Shown in pieces: positions 39,394 to 51,764 of a DNA stretch of 64,000 nt. Position 1 is the stretch's first letter, and the number at the start of each line of letters is the position of its first letter. The translations under genes and the position numbers were made by a program. Source of the stretch: Azolla caroliniana (taxonomy: Eukaryota > Plantae > Polypodiophyta). A model generated the notes under the pieces. That model saw only the letters and a program-made list of their open reading frames with translations. It searched no databases and was not told where the DNA came from. The stretch is taken from positions 10,230,001 through 10,294,000 of the forward strand of contig JBHGNT010000016.1 of the NCBI GenBank assembly GCA_043228905.1, read 5' to 3'.

Positions 39394-42300
39394 AAAGTCA
39401 AATCCTAGGTAGCAATATTCTATAGGGAGAATCGAGGAGTATCTCTGTCCGAAAGGACAGAGAATTAATGTGATGTATACGGGTGAAAATGGTCTCCCTC
39501 CTTGAGATATAAAAGAGAGGGAGACGGGAAGAGAAGGTATCGCGCGTGAGAGGGGACGAAGTGCTGTCGGACTGGGACCGAGCCCTTCTCTGTCGTTCTC
39601 CATAGCTTTCCTTTGCGCAGGTTCTCGAGAGACTGATTCTGCTCCGTGGAACGCCCGTGTGCTTCCGGCAGAATCTCCATCTTTCTCCCCTGCACGCGTG
39701 GGTGATCAGGCGTCGGTGTCTCTCTAGCCGACTTGATCGGTTGTAACCGTTCACGTCGTCTGCATACATATATTTATATACATACACTGGTGTTTTTATA
39801 CTCTATTCCCCGTTCAACTCGTGTCTCTTGTGTTGTTGGGGCATGCTCCCGTGCGCTTCTCTGTCTATACGTGTGTGAGCGTGTCTCTCTCTCTCTCCCT
39901 TTTCTCACCTATTCCTCGATCCAAGACCCCAGTGGTCCCGCCTTGTTCTCCACGCACGCACGTAATAACGTGACAACACTTTGGTGCCGGAGTTCGCATC
40001 CAGTTTGAGATTGCGATCTAGCGGGGTTGCCGCAGATTTGCAGTCAGCCATCCCAAACTTGTATAGCAAGTTGAGGATGTAGTGCCGTTGAGAGATCATG
40101 ATTCTGGCTGGAGTCCGAATTACCTCGATGCCGAGGCAGTAGTGGAGCTCCTTCATGTCCGTCATCTCGAACTTGTCGGAAAGGAGGGATTTGACCTTAT
40201 TGATTTCGACGAGATGCTCACCTCCAATGACTAGGTCATCCACATATAAAATGATGATGATCGGACTTGCGGAATCGCTTCGCATGTAGAGGAAGTTGTC
40301 CGACTTTGACATACGGAAGCCGATTTGATGAAGATATTGCGTTATCTTCGAATACCAAGCACGCGGTGCTTGCTTGAGGCCGTAGAGTGGCTTCTTGAGA
40401 TGGCATACAACTTTCAGATGGGTGCTCGAGTTGAAGCCGGGTGGTTGTATCATGTACACCTCCTCTTCTAATTCGCCTTGTAGAAAGGCGTTCTTGACAT
40501 CCATTTGATGGAGGTGGCACCCTTTCGCCACGACAAGCGCAATTACGGTCCGTACCATCATCATCTTTTCCATCAGGGCAAAGGTCTCCTCGTAGTCAAC
40601 TCCGTGCGTTTGGGCGTAGCCTTTCGCTATGAGTCGCGCTTTGTAGCGGTTGACGGAACCGTCGGCATTGTACTTCACTTTGTAAATCCATCTGCATCCG
40701 ATCACCTTTTTGTATGGTGAGGTGGGAATGAGATCCGACGTCCCGTTCTTCCGTAGTGCCTACATCTCCTCGTTCATTGCTTCCATCCATCACGGGTCCT
40801 TCGCGGTTTTGGAAAAGGTTTCCGGCTCATGTACTGTCGCTACCTTGATCATAAAGGTGTAATGGTACGCCATATAATCGTTGTAGCCGAATCGGCTTAC
40901 AAGGTTCTTTTCACGGGTGGATCGGCGGAGCTTTTCATTTGCAGAGATGAGGGCTTTCTTAGCTTCGATTGGTACCTCGAAACTGCTGAACTTACTATTG
41001 AGTGAGTGAGTCGACTCATCGTCGTTGAAGCGATCGTTTGCGTATTCCGCCATTTTCGCCTTGCCTTTGTCCATCTTCGAGCTAGGCCGTGATGTGCTTT
41101 GATCGCTCAAAGGCTCTTGTGGTCCGCTCAGTCGGGTCGTGATCGGACTTTCTTCGAACATGCGTGTAAGGCGATCTTCATCCTCTATCTCTTGTTCGGC
41201 GGATTCCGGTTCGAGCGGAGTCGGAGTCGAGATTTTCTCTGGTGCGTACCAGGATGCAGACTCGTCAAAAACGATGTCTCGACTTACTCGAGATTTTCGA
41301 GTTGAGGGGTTGTAGCACTTGTACCCCTTTTGCTCAAATAAGTATCCTACGAGGATACATTTCTCCGACTTTGGGTCAAGCTTTTGACGCTTCTCGTCGG
41401 GGATGTGCACGTACGCTATCGCGCCGAATATGCGGATGTGCGATAAGTCCGGCTTCTTTCCGAAGTAATTTTCGTGCGGAGTGACCTCGTGCATGCCGGA
41501 TGTTGTGCACCGGTTCATTAGGTAGACCGTTGTATTCGCAACTTCGGCCCAATATGACTTGGGCATATGCTTCTCATTCATCATGGTCCGCGCTACTTCG
41601 AGGATGTGCCGATTTTTGCGCTTGGCTACCCCGTTTTGTTGCGGAGTGTGTCGGCAAGTGAATTCTCGCTGAATTCCTTTCTTTCGGAGATACGCCGTGA
41701 AATCGTTTGAGAAGTACTCCTTACTGTCATCTGATCGGAGACATCGTACATGTTGGCACGTGGCTTTCTTGACTTCATTCTTGAAGTTTTGGAAGTGTCC
41801 GAACACTTCGCTCTTTTGCCGCATCGGATAGATCTAAGTGTGCCTAGAAAAGTCGTCGATGAAGAGCACGTAATATTGGCATCCGCCGAATGTAGCCGTC
41901 TGCGGCAGTCCCCATACGTCGGAATGGACTACGTCGAGTAGACCTTTGCTCACGTTCTGCTCTTTCGGGAATGGGTGTCGGTGTTGCTTGCCGAATTGGC
42001 ATGCTTCGCATACACCTTCAATCTCCTTCTCTTTGAATGTCAGGAGTCCAATGACGAGTCCTTTCGATTTCATTGCTTTGAGTTTGTTGAGATTGATGTG
42101 GCCGATTCGCTTATGCCATAGCTCTATGTCGGAGTCGGCTTTTGTGCTCTTCGTGAACATGGCGGATTTCATCTCGTGTGAATCGAGAATGAACATCCGG
42201 CCCTCTCTTCTTCCGTGTGCGATGATGCGGCCTTCTTTTTCGATGAAGCACCCTTCTTGGTCGAATCGTACTTGCATCCCTTGCTCAACCATTTGGCCGG

Positions 42301-42928
42301 CCGAGACCAAATTCTTCATGATGGTGGGAACATGCAAGACATTTTTAATGTATGTTTGCTTACCTCTTTCGCCGAATGGAACATTGCCGATGTGCCGAAT
42401 CGGGTGTGCAGTGTCATCTCCGGTTTTGACATAACCGGGTCGCTCCGGCTCTTGAAGTTCGAGAAACCATTCTTTATGGGATGTTGTTACCGGTTAGGAA
42501 CATGGTCTGCGGTCAGTCCTTCGACCTAGACTTCCAAGTGATCGTGAAACAACGAATGGTGGCGTCTAGGCGTAATACGTAGGGGAATGTTCCCCATAAC
42601 CTAGCAGCGTATAAGGGAGACGACTACAATTGACTCCTTAGCAGTGGTTACACTCACATTCTTACACTCTTAGGTATTCCAGACACACAGTAGATTAGCC
42701 GTAGCTATACACAGATTTTCAGAGAAGATAGGATTCTATTACGATACGCTTCTTTACATTCCAAAAATACACGCCCCCTCTATCAGAGGTTTTCTGCCCT
42801 TTATATAATACGCAGGGTCTTTTTAGCCGTTCACGCTTCTTGCGTGAACCGTTACATGCGTTATGATCTTATATTATTTCTTATTCCTACACTCTTGTCC
42901 GTCGGTTACTATTCCGGCGGACAACACC

Positions 42929-42969
42929 TGGCACGCGTGTGGGATAGTGCCCTGGCATGTCGAACCCAT
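42929..42969 (-). other. tRNA-Arg-like 3'-half element at the PPT position of Gypsy F
   Basis: Element-sense ATGGGTTCGA-CATGCCAGGGCACTA-TCCCACACGCGTGCCA, then GG, then the LTR TG. Confidence 0.8.
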
Positions 42970-42973
42970 CCCG

Positions 42974-45603
42974 TTAATCTTCTTCCAAAATGGCCCGGAT
43001 GTTTGGCTTTGCTACGGTGTCTGCGTCCGGAGGCAACTTAGGGCTCGTAGGTGCATCGTGGTGTGGTTCCCCTGTTTGGTCGGAATGGCTTCTCCTGGTG
43101 TTGCGGTCGTCCTGTGTGGGCGTTGAGGGTACGATGGGCTCTTCTTGAGCTAGTGGGTTGGGCTCAACGGTCATCATGCTTGCGGTCGGCCGCGGCTCTG
43201 TCTCAATCGTCACTTCCTCCGTGGTGTCGTTTGTCGTTGTACGCTCCGGGGAGTGGGGTTGCGATTCCGCTTGGCCCGCAATGTTCTCCGTGTGGTTCCC
43301 CGATAGCGTGGGCTCCTGTGGATGGGGATCCTCTTGGGCAGCGGTTTCGCTATCTGGTACTATGGGGGACTCCGCTCGTCGGTCCGCACTGTTCACCGTA
43401 GTTGTAATTTATGGTGATTTGGCCTGAGGTTCATCTTCTTCGGCCGTGCCCGGAATTGGCGTCGCGATGGATTCCTCATTTGTTCACGTGCTGCCGGTTT
43501 GTGTGATTTGGTGAAATAGCTCCTTTTGGCTTTCACCAAAATCATCTAAGAGTTGCGCAAGTTCTTCGGAATGTTGGTCCGTTAGCGCACGATAGTCTTG
43601 CGCTAGGTCCTTGCGTACGGTCGCAATGCTCTCCTCATTTAGTTTATAGAAACCTCGGCCATCTTTTCGCCGATTCTCCCAGTCCGCACGATACGCATGC
43701 AATTCCGCTGCTTGGTTGCCCACGCCATCCACCCTTTGTCTAGCGTCATTTTCAATTGCGCTGTGAACCTCTCCTGATTTGTTTGTAGAAGGATACGCAT
43801 GTTGTCTGTGATGGCCTGGCAACGGTTGCGTGCGTCCTCTACCGACTTCTTGAGGTTTGCAATTTCTTGTTGCCTAACCGTCGCCGCTTCTTCGTACGTG
43901 GTCTTTAGGCCCGCCCACAACTGGGATTCCTTTGTATTGTGTTCTTCTAATTTCCCCATTTCATTGTTTAGGTGGATTTCGAGCTAATGCCTTCTTTCCT
44001 GTTCGACCACCAGTGGCTCGTCGAACCATACCTTCTTTTTCTCCAATAAGGTCTGGAGTTCCGCGATTGCCGCCTCCGATTTTTGCGCTTCCTCTCATAA
44101 TTGGGCGTTTTTGTCTTTTGTCCGGATGTGCTATGCTACCTCCGCAACGAGTTTCTCTTCAAGGGTTTTTACTGCCTTCCGGCCGTTAGCCCGGATCTCC
44201 TTTTCTCTGTCTGAGGATTGGCGCAGTTCAGCTCGAAGGCGGTCAATTTTTGATTCCACTAGTTGCATGGCCCTTTTTGCTTTTGAGGCAATGGCAGTCT
44301 GAGCCTCAATTTCTTCCTTCAAAGCGTCGATGGTGTGGTTTGGTGACAAAGTTGCATGTTGCGCCGTAGTTGCATTAAATTCCAACTCCGCGATGCGTTC
44401 GTTGGCTCTTTGCAGCTCGGCTTGGGTCATTTTCACCTTCTTCTAGACATTCTTATTTTTAATGGCCATCTCCTTGGCGCCCGTGCTAACCTCTGCCAGT
44501 TCCCTATGGACTTCGACTAGGGCCGTGTTTAATGGGGCTAGCTCCATCCCCAGTCGGCGTACACTGGCGTTTCTCTGTCTACCGACCCTGGCTAGCCGAT
44601 CCTCATCGTCGCTCTCCGCCGTTTGTGTTAGGGCGCGCTCGATCATCTGGTGGTCCGCGTGCTCCTTGGCCATTCGTTGTGAGGCCTTTATCTATTGCGT
44701 TGCCAAGAATTCCATGAGCTCAAAAGAGGTTTCGAACTGTAAGAGGGCGCTGAACTCATGGGCCGTGTTCGGGATATCTGGATATGCCAAAACCGCGCTT
44801 TCCGCCATCAATACGGCTTTCCCTCGTTGGGACTGGGTCGTAATGATCGGCCGTGGCTCCCGGATGATTTCGAAGGTGGTATTGGGCTCCGTAGCTGCGG
44901 AGCCATCGCTTCTTGCCTGCCTGATACGCATGCAGGCCTTCCCTTAATGCCGGCCCTGTGATGACCCCCCAATCGACCGCACGCCCTTCAAAGGTATCAA
45001 TAATGATACCCCCCTTATGCTTTGGCATCCCATATGCGTTGACGTGTACGCAGCCGACCTCGAACAGGAACATGGCAACTTCACGGAAGAAGGGATTCAG
45101 AACCTGCTTCGTTCTATAGGCCTTGGCGGAGGAGGAATATGGCCCGAAATATCTTTGCAGCGACTCTACAGGAGGGATTTCGAAATGCCTTTCGCCTATC
45201 GATGCAGGTCCAACTTTTTCCGGATGGAAGAGTTGGTGACCGTGTCGATGTTAAGCTTTCTGGCGATGTCCATGGCATCCGGGTGTGGGGGTGCTTCTGC
45301 GACCCGGATGTACCCATCCAAGTGTTTCTCTAGGAGACATCAACGTAAGGCAGTAGAGATGAAGATCAGCATCACCAGAGTAGGTTTGTGGGGAGGCGAC
45401 TGGTGGTTGCGGTGGGCTGGAGCTCTGTGATAGGATGGAGGAGAAGGTGAGGGGGAGGAGCGATGGGAGCACTGATAGTTAGAAGGTGGGTTTCTGTTTT
45501 GTGCAGAAGATCTTCTATTTCCTTCTTTTTGTGGCTTAGGGTTCATTGGGTGGTGAGCCATCATGGTGCCGCGTGTTCTTGATCTAGGAGTTTGTGCATG
45601 CAT
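42974..45603 (-). pseudogene. Extra ORF (ORF2) of Gypsy F; fragmented
   Basis: FEGRAVDWGVITG; coiled-coil segments; RADWENRRKDGRGFYKLNEE; ends RAILEED*. Confidence 0.75.
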
Positions 45604-48600
45604 TTAGTCCTTTTAATAGTGTCGTCATTGTTCCTGCTCCAACACAGCCATGCTGTGTACGCGTTTTTCCCTGAGTTCGAGTAGCTAGTGGAGCCGTACC
45701 TCCTCTGACTTAGCTTCCGATAGTCGGTCCCGTACCTGAATCCGCAAACTGGGTATCTGAAATTCTACCGGCATCACAGCCTCCAGCCCAAATGCTAGTC
45801 GAAACAGTGTTGACTGTATGCTTGTTTTGTAGTTGGTTCTGTACGCCCATAACACACTCTGTAATTTGGTATCCCAGTCCGTTCTATTTTCATTGACGAT
45901 TTTCTTCAAGATGGTCTGCAACGTCTTGTTGGTGGATTCCGCTAACCCATTCGCTTGTGGATAATATGACGTACTCTTCTTGTGGACTACAACGTAATGA
46001 TGTGTTAGTTCCCAAACCACCGTATTGAGAAAGTTGGTCCCCTGGTCACTGATGAGCTCAATCGGACAGCCGAACCGGCACCAGATGTGCTCGTAAATGA
46101 ATCTCGTTGTGATGGCCGTTGTATTTTCTCGTAGTGCCTTTGCTTCTACCACTGGGTGCAATAATCCGTGGCTACCAATATGTATTTATTGCTCGTACGG
46201 GCTGCCGCCGGTGTGAAGGGGCCCACAAAATCCAACCCCCACTTTTGGAAGGAGTCTAATGGTAATACAGGCTGGTGTGGCATCCTTGCGCCCTCCATGG
46301 GTTGGCCCATCCATTGACACAAATCACACTTTCTACAATACTCGGATGCGTCCTTCTGCGTTCTCGGCCACCATAGGCCCCCACCTGCCATATTTTCCGG
46401 GCTGTAACATCTCCCGCGTAATGGCCGCCTGTCGTGCCGCAGTGCACCTCCCATAAAACTGCTTCTTTCTCATCCTGACGTACCCCACGTCGCCAAATGT
46501 CGTCACTTCCTTTGTGATATAAAATTCCTTCTACAAGGCAGACATTACGGCTTCGGACGGCTAGTCGTTTCTTCTCGTCCATGTGTAACTGTGGTGGAGG
46601 CAGTCCCGTAGTAAAAAAGTATGTCATTTCCATAAGCCACCGGTCCGGAAAGGTCGATTTCGTTCTTTCTGCCACTGCTGCTACCCACAAGATGTCGGCG
46701 TCCGGAAAATCGTCGTCGTCCTTCTGTACTGTTTCTCCATTATCGAGTCTGCTCAAAAAATCTGCCACTACGTGTTGGGTCCCCGTTCGGTGCTGAATTC
46801 CAAGATTGAATTCTTGAAGCAACAACATCCATCGCACCAATTTCCCTATCATGGCTTGTTTCTCCACCAAATACAACAGCGCCGAATGATCCACGTGGAA
46901 CGTGAATTTCCTCCCCAGTAAATAATGCCGGAATTTATTGATGCTATAGATCATCCCTAGCGCCTCTTGCTCCGTTGTGGAATAATTACGCTCTGTTGTT
47001 GATAATTTGCGACTAGTGTAGTACACTGGCTGGTACCAATTTGGTTCGGTGAATTGCATTAGCGCACTTCCTATTGCTATGTCCGAGGCGTCGACGAACA
47101 CGTGGAATGGTTTGTCCCAAACTAGTGTTGTATGACGGGGGCCTGTGTGAGCATTATCTTAAGTGCCTCATAGGCCTTGTCCTCCATTGCGGTCCATTGG
47201 AAGGGAGTCTGATGCCCGACAACATGTAACGGCGTGGTGAAGTCCGCCAAATATCGTATCATCCGACTATGCCACCGTATTTGTCCTAAAAACCGGCTGA
47301 GTGATTTCGCTTTTGTCGGAGTTTTGGCTTGCGTAATTGCAGAGATCTTGTTCGGATCGACCGCTATTCCCTCCTTGCTGACTATATGGCCTAGGAGAGT
47401 CCCGCTGGTCACGCCAAAGGCACATTTCGCGGGATTCAGGCTTAAGCATGCGGTGCGGCAACGTTCCAGGCACAATTGCAGGTGCGTAAAATGGTCCATT
47501 GTTCTCCCATATACCGCAAAGTCTTCTAAACAAACTTGCGTGAATGCTGGAATATATTCCCCAAAGATCTCCGTAATTGTCCGTTGAAATGTTGCTAGCG
47601 CCGTCTTTAGCCCGAACATCATGATGACTGCCACATAGACTCCCTAGTCCGTGACAAATGCCGTCTTCTCTTGGTCCTCGGGATGCATGCGCACCTGGTT
47701 ATACCCACTGAAGCCATCTAAAAAACTGTACATCTCATGTCCTGCGACGGCGTCCAGTACGCTATCGGTGAATGGTAAAGGGAATGCGTCTGTAATGGTT
47801 ACGACGTTTAATTTTCGGTAATCCACGCATATCCGTATTTTGCCGTTTTCTTTGGAACGACTACTATCGGACTTGTAAAAAGTAACGTGCGGAAGCAAGT
47901 ATGAAGACCAAACAGAAGGAAGAAAACTCAGGTTTAATGGAGAGCTTGAGCTTACGCAGTATACGCGGGAGAAACAGAGAGAGTGAGAGAGGAAAAAAGA
48001 ACTATGTTCAAAAAGGGGTACACAATCTCTATTTACCACACTCTATACATATGTGTGTTCAATGAACACTTTTATACAAGTCCTAGAAGGACTGACAGAA
48101 GTACTGACAGTACTTCAATGCTCTTCGGGATCTTTGGGCTCACAACTCCGGTTCCTCCTAGCTTCACGCCTCGCTCGCGCTCCCCGACCTGTTCGACTCC
48201 GCGCGCTTCGACCTTTCCGGTCGGCTTGTCTGCTCATGTGGCCCTTATCAGCTCTTCTGCTGTTGCGGTGTTGCCGCTTCTCCTGTTACCTTATCTTCCG
48301 CTTGGGCCTCGGTTGATTCAGCGTATCTGAATCAAACATCCGAACCGACTCGGCTACCTCTGATCGGTTTTCGCTCTCGTCCGAGTTGGCTGTCTCCAAC
48401 TTGTCTTCGATCTTCTCGCCCTCGATGGCGTCATCTTCCCCATGCGTGGTTGGCTTCGGCTCTCTCCTTCGGCTGCTCCCCTTCTGTCCGCTTCCGGACT
48501 TTTTCGCGGGTCCGCCCTCATCTTCTTCAGCCGATCCGAAGTCGAACTTGACAACCACGTCAACCGACTCGGTGTCGCAGTCTCCACTCCTTTCCTGCTG

Positions 48601-50569
48601 CCTTGCTTGGTCGTTCGGGACTGTTCTCCCCCTCAAGTTTGGCATGTCGAGGTGACGCAATCCGAGCGCACCTGAGAATTGCCGCAACTTGTCCAGACCA
48701 AGAGGCTTGGTGAAGATGTCGGCAGTCTGCCGATCCGTCGGAACGTACTGAAGTTCGACTTCACCGGAAGGGACATGCTCACGGACGAAATGGTAGTGCA
48801 CCTCACTATGCTTGGTCCGTGCGTGGAAAACGGGGTTTTTCGCGAGCTGCATGCTGCTAAGGTTGTCGCAGTAGATCGTCGTCGGATCTGACACCTCCTC
48901 TTGCAGGTCCCTAAGTAGCCGTTTCAACCATATGGCTTCGCATGTCGCGACAGTCGCTCCTCGGTACTTAGCTTCGGTGCTTGACAGTGCAACTGTCGGC
49001 TGCTTCTTACTGCTCCACGCGATTGCGGCACTCCCGAGGGAGAACGCGTATCCGGACGTGGATCGGTGATCGGCGGCGTTGCCAACCCAATCAGCATCGG
49101 TGTAGCTGACTAACTGCGTGGCTGCACCGGTCCGATATAGCAGTCCCCAGTCCTTAGTGCCGTTGACATACCGAAGTATGCATTGCGCACACTAGAGGTG
49201 CTCCTCGGTAGGTCGCGCCATGAACTGACTGATCACTCCGACCGGATAATTGAGGTCGGGTCGGGTGATGGTCAAGTATATGAGGCTTCCGACAATTTGT
49301 CGGAATCTCGTCGGGTCGCATACCTTTCCCGTATCGGGACGAAGCTTGACGGTCCTGTCCAGAGCAGTCGAGACGGACTTACAGTCGGCCATCCCGAATT
49401 TGAAGAGCATACTCAGCACGTAATGACGTCGGCTGATCAATATGCCTTCGAGGGTACGGATCACTTCGATCCCAAGGAAGTAATGAAGGTCCCCCAAATC
49501 CTTCATGTCGAACGATGCCGCAAGCTGGAGCTTCACGCGGTCGATTTCACCTGGGTCGGCGCCGGTGATGACCAAGTCATCAACATATAGTAAAATACTA
49601 ACCGGTCCGAGTCGACCTTTCCGGATGAACAGGGAAGAGTCTAATTTTGACGGGACGAAGCCCATCCGACGCAGTTGTTGCGTGATCTTCTCGTTCCAGG
49701 CACGCGGGGCTTGCTTCAGTCCGTAAAGGGACTTCTTCAGTCGGCATACTGCCGAGGAGTTCGTTCCAGAGTGAAATCTGGGGGGCTGTACCATGTACAC
49801 CTGTTCCTCAAGGTCACCTTGCAGGAACGCATTCTTTACATCCCTCTAATGTAAGTGCCACCCCTTCACCGCAGCTACTGCGAGCAAAACACGGACGATC
49901 GTCATTTTCGCGACCGGCGCAAACGTCTCATTGTAGTCGATGTCGTGTTTTTGCGCGTAACCTTTTGCCACTAACCGGGCCTTGTATCGGTTGACCGAGC
50001 CGTCGGTGTTGTACGTGACCTTGTACACCCACCTACATCCGATCGGCTTCACACCCTTCGGTGCGTCAACCAGATCCCAGGTCTCGTTTTCCGCCAATGC
50101 GTGCATCTCTTCCTCCATCGCAGCGCACCAATTCGCGTCCTTTGCCGCTTCTGCGTAGCTCTCCGGCTCATGCACTTCCGCTATATGGGTCATGTACGCA
50201 TAGTGATGCGCCATGTACTCGTTGTATCCGAACCGCAAAACAAGATTCTTCTGGCGGGTAGATCGGCGTAATCTCACAATAGCCGATGTCGAGGCCTTCT
50301 CGGTCGACGCGGACTTCACCTTTAAAGACCTGTCACTGGTTCCCTCGGAGTGGGACTCGTGTCGGTCTGACTCATTCCTATTCGTGCCGGAATCCGACAC
50401 CTTCTTCTTCCCTTTCTCTTTGCGCGTAAGCCGTCTCCTCGGCTTCCTGCGCGGGGAATGCACGGCCGAGTTTCCACTACTCACCGGCTCTTCATCGGAC
50501 TGATCGTACTGACTCAGTCGTCCAATCGGTCCACTTAACCAGAGTGAAGTCGGACTCTCTTCGCGGGTG

Positions 50570-50815
50570 GAATGCGAACGCCTTTCCATGCCTTTTTAAC
50601 ATCTCCTTGAATTACTTTTCTTCGGATGGTAATAGGAAGTCACCCCCTCCTATTTTCATCCCTTATATTGTTTCTGGCGTAAACACATGTCCCACCTTTC
50701 ATGGTTCTCTGATCATTGGCTCTGTGGCCGCTTCTTTAATTGCTCTTTCACTATCCCCTGGAAGTGGAGCAGCAATAGGACAAACCTTCTTCTCCATCGT
50801 CTTGTACTTTGTTAG
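50570..50815 (-). other. About 245-bp orphan fragment of Trp-primed Gypsy pol inside Copia C
   Basis: TKYKTMEKKVCPIAAPLPGDSERAIKEAATEP...[22 protein letters not shown] is homologous to 35720-35965; no LTR. Confidence 0.75.
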
Positions 50816-51322
50816 GACATGTCTCGATTTCGGGCTCATCCGGAGGCATCTCGGCCTCGCTGACCTCATCGTCAGAACTCGGATTGGGGTTCGAAGTCGG
50901 GGGCTGGTACTAGGATGCGGACTCGTCAAACACAACGTTGCGGCTAACACGTGCTTGTTTGGTGCGAGGGTTATAGCACTTATAACCCTTCTGCTCGTTC
51001 GAGTAACCGACTAAGATGCATTTCTCGGCCTTTGCGTCTAGCTTCCTCCTTTTCTCCTTCGGTACATGCACATACGCAATGCTATCGAACACCCTCAAGT
51101 GTCGCAAGTTCGGCTTCGTTCCGAAATATAGCTCGTGCGCCGACACTTTATCTCCGATCCGGTTCTGGATGTATACCGCCGTCCTTACCGCCTCGGCCCA
51201 ATAGAACTTGGGCAAGCTCTTCTCTTCCAGCATTGCCCGTGACGCTTCCACAATTGACCGATTCTTCCTCTCGGCCACGCCGTTCTGCTCCGGCGTGTAT
51301 CTACAACTGAATTCGCGCCGAA

Positions 51323-51712
51323 TGTTGGCCGGTCAGAAGAGCCAGGACAAGTGGGAAGGCGGAGTCGGATCGGATAATAGGAAGTAAATAATAGTAGAAT
51401 TATTCATCGGAGGGACGGATCCGGTACAGTTGTACCGATCCGGATCCGGACCGATTCGGATGTCGGTTGCCTAAGCGCACCGATTGTAACCTTGCCGGAT
51501 GCCTATAAAAGGATCCGATGATTTGTAAAGGGTTTTGACGGAAGTAATACAATAGTAATTATTGCGTGTTTATCTGTATCTCGTATTGTCTACCGTCTGT
51601 GCTTAATTGTAATCATCTTACGCGTGTAACCTAGCATCCAATTCTTACCACCCCTTTGGAGAAGTGTCGGATAGACACCTGTGTTGAGGCTAGTCCGGCT
51701 AGACAGACAACA
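51323..51712 (+). repeat. LTR1 of Gypsy G
   Basis: TGTTGG...GACAACA; TATAAAA at 51504-51510; near-identical to LTR2 and LTR3. Confidence 0.95.
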
Positions 51713-51718
51713 CTATTT

Positions 51719-51728
51719 TGGCGACCAC
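51719..51728 (+). promoter_or_regulatory. PBS of Gypsy G, tRNA-Arg(UCG)-like
   Basis: TGGCGACCAC after the LTR and a CTATTT spacer; complementary to ...GTGGTCGCCA (recalled plant tRNA-Arg end). Confidence 0.65.
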
Positions 51729-51764
51729 GATTCCTGCAAAGTGCAGAGGAAAACTCGGGGATGG

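Larger units (their letters stand above)
32592..39975 (+). mobile_element. Full-length tRNA-Trp-primed Ty3/Gypsy element H (non-chromovirus, Phygy/Selgy-like)
   Basis: 686-bp LTRs at 32592-33277 and 38900-39975 (the latter holds a solo LTR); PBS TGGTGAACCTGACGTGAA at 33283-33300; G-rich PPT GGTGGGGGCGGA before 38900; 4-bp TSD ACGC/ACAC; no chromodomain after the WFGPY motif. Confidence 0.93.
30170..42484 (-). mobile_element. Ty1/Copia element E: 3' LTR, RH, RT, INT and part of PR; hosts a solo LTR, Gypsy H and Gypsy F
   Basis: 3' LTR 30170-30527 followed by PPT complement CGCCCCCTC. RH HARTKHIEVHYH (31872-32219); RT split at 32591/39976 (ILYVDDLVI); INT 40790-42337. Confidence 0.9.
42485..47873 (-). 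mobile_element. Athila-like Ty3/Gypsy element F: 3' LTR, ORF2, INT, RH and RT; interrupted by Copia C, 5' part beyond the window
   Basis: 3' LTR 42485-42926 (TGTTACC...GGACAACA); RT MYSFLDGFSGYNQV; RH FVDASDIAIGS; [12 protein letters not shown]; ORF2 fragments at 42974-45603. Confidence 0.9.
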
